The notes under the pieces: generated by a model
Told to the model about the DNA's origin: nothing
The model's database searches: none
What the model saw: only the letters and a program-made list of their open reading frames with translations
NCBI GenBank assembly: GCA_047495785.1
Contig: JBLDXI010000006.1
Location: 310,001 to 374,000, forward strand
Length of the DNA: 64,000 nucleotides
DNA from: Lepidodermella squamata
Taxonomy: Eukaryota > Animalia > Gastrotricha
Direction of reading: 5' to 3'
Made by a program: the position numbers and the translations under genes
Shown: positions 60,392 through 64,000 of the stretch, one piece after another
Layout of the letters: each line of letters starts with the position of its first letter
Numbering within the stretch: position 1 is the first letter of the stretch

Positions 60392-60926
60392 TTTCAACAT
60401 TTGCTGGAAATGAGGAAATGGGAGTATGTTAGTTGGCTTAAAATCTTGATCTGGGTATCTTATCTTAAAAAAACGTGCAAAATAACGCTGGCGGCTTTTT
60501 ATTTTTTATCAGTATCGTCTTATCAGGGTCCTATCTTTTTCACCAACCTTCGATTATATCTCCGCACTAGCCGTACTGGTTGAAAATAGAAAGTGTACGC
60601 TTCCCGAGAATTCGAGTATTATCTTCATGTTTTTCTGCCCACTCGTAAATGACAAGGCGTGTTTGTTTGCTTGGACTATTTGAGGCGGCTTCAGAAATTT
60701 GTGGGCGTTTCTTAAATAAGGTGTGGCTAGTATTGCACTCCGCCCTGGTGCAGGATTAATAACGGCAGCACGCCGAAACCATGAAAAGAACATGAGTTGT
60801 CTAAATACAGCAGGACAACTTGTTGGGAAGCTAATACTTAATATACGACAGATTGATTGAATTGAATATAAGTTCTCTCTGAGAAATTTGCGAACTGTTT
60901 AAATTAAAATAATCACCGGCCCTCTA

Positions 60927-61230
60927 ATTTATTTATTTATTTATTTATTACGAGCATATGTCCCAAAGTTGAGAGCTCAACAACAAAAGATGTCATACCG
61001 CATACATAAGTAACAAAAAATCAGGTCCAATCAGTCCATTTCAAAGTCCGCAGGTACTGAGTATAAAAATATTATGTTTTTTTAGTTAACAAATGTTTAT
61101 ATACAAGTTGTCGACAGATATTCGTACTAGAGCCTTTCCAATTGCTGCATTTTCGGCATCTAAATTTGGAATATTGCTATCTTGTGGCGAACTTTGTACT
61201 TTGTTCGGAGCGTTCGGAAACTGGTTGAAT
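60927..61230 (-). mobile_element. Degraded LINE 3' remnant with (TAAA)n tail
   Basis: (TTTA)n at 60927-60950 preceded on - by ctttgggacatatgctcg (similar to the tails at 4790 and 29820); frameshifted ExVQKFATR-like motif near 61180-61210. Confidence 0.45.
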
Positions 61231-61285
61231 TCTTCAGGGTGCGAAATACAGGGGTGCTGTGGAACTAGAGGAAGCCCCTTCCACT

Positions 61286-61308
61286 GGGGGGGGGGGGGGG
61301 GGGGGGGG
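61286..61308 (+). repeat. Poly-G run (23 nt)
   Basis: Directly visible homopolymer. Confidence 0.9.
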
Positions 61309-61442
61309 AGGGCGGGTGCCTTTGGTTTCTTCGGCTGGTGTCTTCGAAGACACCTCAGCCCGGCTCCTTCATCGGATCCTACACTGACTTCTCTTATGCT
61401 GCAATAATCTGCGTTCTAAGCAGGTGGTGAAAAATTAAGATC

Positions 61443-61494
61443 CGATTGGTCAAACTCTCAATAGATTTCGATTGGTCAAACTCTCAATAGATTT
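61443..61494 (+). repeat. 26-bp tandem duplication
   Basis: cgattggtcaaactctcaatagattt x2. Confidence 0.9.
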
Positions 61495-61592
61495 ATTGAC
61501 GCATGCATGAGCAGATGATACACAGGTGAAAATCAACAATGAATTATCGCTATATCCATTCTTAAAGTTCTTTCATGAAGGTTAGATACTGT

Positions 61593-61995
61593 TTAGAGCA
61601 TGAAATAGGCGGCGAGCAGGATCGAACCAGTGACAGCAGCTTGAGCGCCGGCAGTTACAGGGGCGTTGTTGCACAGGTCGGTGTTGCAGTAGCAAACCGT
61701 TCCTGATACGCCGCCTTCCGACACACTCTGGCATTTCATTTCAATCCCTGTGCTGGAGGGCAGGCACGCTTTCGAGGTGATTTCGCCGAGAGGACTATCA
61801 GCTACAGATTTCCCGCAAGCCACGCAGCCGTCAGTCTCTGTGAACGACCCCCCGGGGGTAGTCCCAGTATAGCACTTGATGGCAACTGAAATGCAGAATA
61901 ACATGAGAATCTTTCAAATTTAATGATTTGCTATTCTTACAAGAACCAGCAACAAGAGCAGTAAAAACGAACGCGACAAGGGTGAGGCGAGACAT
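61593..61995 (-). CDS. Ly6/uPAR GPI-anchored protein L15 (exons 61995-61941, 61885-61593)
   Basis: MSRLTLVAFVFTALVAGS signal exon identical at protein level to L1-L3; CYCNTDLCN plus tail. Confidence 0.9.
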
Positions 61996-63059
61996 GGTGA
62001 GTGCGCTGTTATTCTCGAGAAATGGACGAAAAATGTAACGAGAGAAGTGAAATGATAGAAAACTCCATTTGGTGCAATTTATAAAGCATGGTATCTAATC
62101 TTTCAAAACTCCACGAAATGGAAGCTCGATATTTCTGCGGCGCAATCGGGGGCGGCAATAAGCTATGTTAGGACAAGCTGCGCCGTTTGAAAATATTCTT
62201 CTTTCTTTTAAGATAGTAGTCCGTGTCAAAAATCCGGACTCCCAGCTTTTCCCACTAGTGATAAGATAAACAACAGATGTTTTCATTGTATGAATCGTTG
62301 CGGCGCACCCTGTTGCATCTCCGTTTGGGCATGTAAATTCCCAGTGGTACAGAGGAGGGGAGGGGTGGTTCAAATATTACAAATTTTGCGAAAAAACGTA
62401 ATTGCCCCCTTGTGTTTTGCGAATTTCGGGCTCAAAATGTTCGATTTACCCCAGAGATGATGTAAAATGAATCATCGAGATGTCTCACGATATCAAAAAG
62501 AGTGTGATAGTCAACAGGGTTGCTTAGAAATTGGTTTCAAAGTGGACAGTGGACCTTTGGAACCTCGATTCCTGCAGTCATTCGTGAAGGAATCCAGAGT
62601 CGCCATGTCGGAAACAAAATCATTTGATTGAACAATTTCAGCTTGATCATTCACGTACAATTGAAAGTTCTTCAATAAACGTTACACACGTGTAGCGAGG
62701 TACGAAATTTACAATTTTACCGGTCATTGAACAGCCATTGAGCCTGAGCCCAGGATCGTTGCCACTATTTCTGCTGCCGGTGTCTGCTGCTTCTCCGTAC
62801 GTTTTGAATTCTTCCGCCACTGAGAGTAACTATCATGACATCAATGTAGCTCGATTCTCCCTAAATAAAGCGCTTATTGCATTGGTGAATACGTGATGTT
62901 TTCTCAAGGGACGAAGTGGAGATGACCCTTGGCCGTAAAGAATATTTCACTCGAGGATGAACAATCTGGTAAAAATTAGCCCTGTGATTCATTGGTTAGC
63001 TTTGGAGCCTCATTCAAAGTTAAGCTGTTGAACTTTTGTAGTGAAAGCAGCGAGTTACA

Positions 63060-63560
63060 TTCTTCTGCTGATAAGCTGCTGAGAGAAGAACAAGCTGGAT
63101 TTCACGAACTAAACAGCTGCATCGGCAAGATCTTTGCGCTCAGATGCATAGTCCATCATTGCCTCGAATAGAATGCACCTGCTATCGTCAACTTCTTTGA
63201 TTACAAAAAAAAAGGCTTTCGATAGCGTCCATCACAGCACACTATGGGCTATGGGCTATCCTGCGGTCGCGGTGCATTCCTACGGAAATCGCAATCTGAT
63301 TGCAATTTTCTATTACGAAAACTATGAATGCAGTGTTTTGATCGGCAATGGTGAAATGTCGGACAAGTTCGCTGTAAAGTCTGGTGTTAAACAAGGATGC
63401 GTTATCTCTCCGGTGCGCGAAACTCGACGCCTTCTACAACCGTCGTCCGCGCAGAATATGTGGCATTTACTGGCCGAAGGTCATCAGCAATGAGGATCCG
63501 CACAGACTAGTGGAATGTCGATCACGGAAACCAATGATGGCTGGGTCACGTCTTACGCAT
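63060..63560 (+). mobile_element. Degraded RTE-like non-LTR retrotransposon RT fragment
   Basis: LLREEQAGF, FFDYKKAFDSV, VKSGVKQGCVISP and KLDAFYNRRPRRICGIYWPKVISNED motifs, interrupted by stops, frameshifts and a large deletion. Confidence 0.85.
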
Positions 63561-64000
63561 GAAAAAGCAACCAAATCCCAAAGGTTGATCTATACTCAAC
63601 TGGCCGGGAGGCTGACAAAGATTTATCCAGCCATCCCCTACCCATCCCCTGGACATCCCCTCAAATCGAGCGGTCATCCCCTAAATTTTAGAGACAGTAA
63701 TAGTATTGTGCGATTCACGACTGATCCCGTAGGGGCGGCAGCCTTAATAGAACTTACCGCAGTCTATGAATTCAAGTATTTTCTTTGGTCGACCTTCTCG
63801 AAACAGTTTAAACAGCACTGTTAAAGTTAATTTGCATATTCGAATTTAGCGTGTGACTACGATAATGAGCGCGCGCACTAATGCTGGTTGCGTAACCGGT
63901 ATTGCGTGGCGCATTTTGAGCGACAAATTTGAGCGCGCACACCGCACACTCGAATAAAAAGCCGTACAACACTAAGAGAAGTGAAATAGCGCGCAATTTC

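Noticed and set aside
1-64000. Assignment to a specific organism or named orthologs (e.g. GABBR1/2, CHRNA, quiver)
   Set aside because: The proteins are too divergent to name without database searches; only family-level calls are supported.

Overview
Eukaryotic (metazoan, invertebrate-like) genomic DNA from a gene-dense region with very short GT-AG introns (about 46-71 nt). Almost every gene encodes a secreted, GPI-anchored or membrane receptor protein. (i) Two convergent arrays of small Ly6/uPAR (three-finger) genes: six on + at 4.0-12.6 kb and nine on - at 48.1-62.0 kb, including two pseudogenes and one copy that lost its GPI signal. (ii) Two intronless GABA-B-like class C GPCRs. (iii) A family of eight divergent rhodopsin-like orphan GPCR loci (four intact, three frameshifted, one 5' fragment), interleaved with two CAP/SCP genes. 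(iv) Two single-domain LamG/pentraxin-like, probably GPI-anchored genes plus a pseudogene fragment. (v) An ankyrin-repeat gene, a candidate neuropeptide precursor, several MITEs and LINE/Penelope relics. The standout is a single-exon 1588-aa ORF (40417-45183) that fuses five tandem LamG/concanavalin-like domains to a complete Cys-loop (nAChR-like) ligand-gated ion channel subunit. It sits head-to-head with a stand-alone copy of the same domain and between arrays of Ly6 proteins, a family known to modulate nAChRs. Exon boundaries were read by eye and no database searches were run, so family assignments rest on motif recognition.
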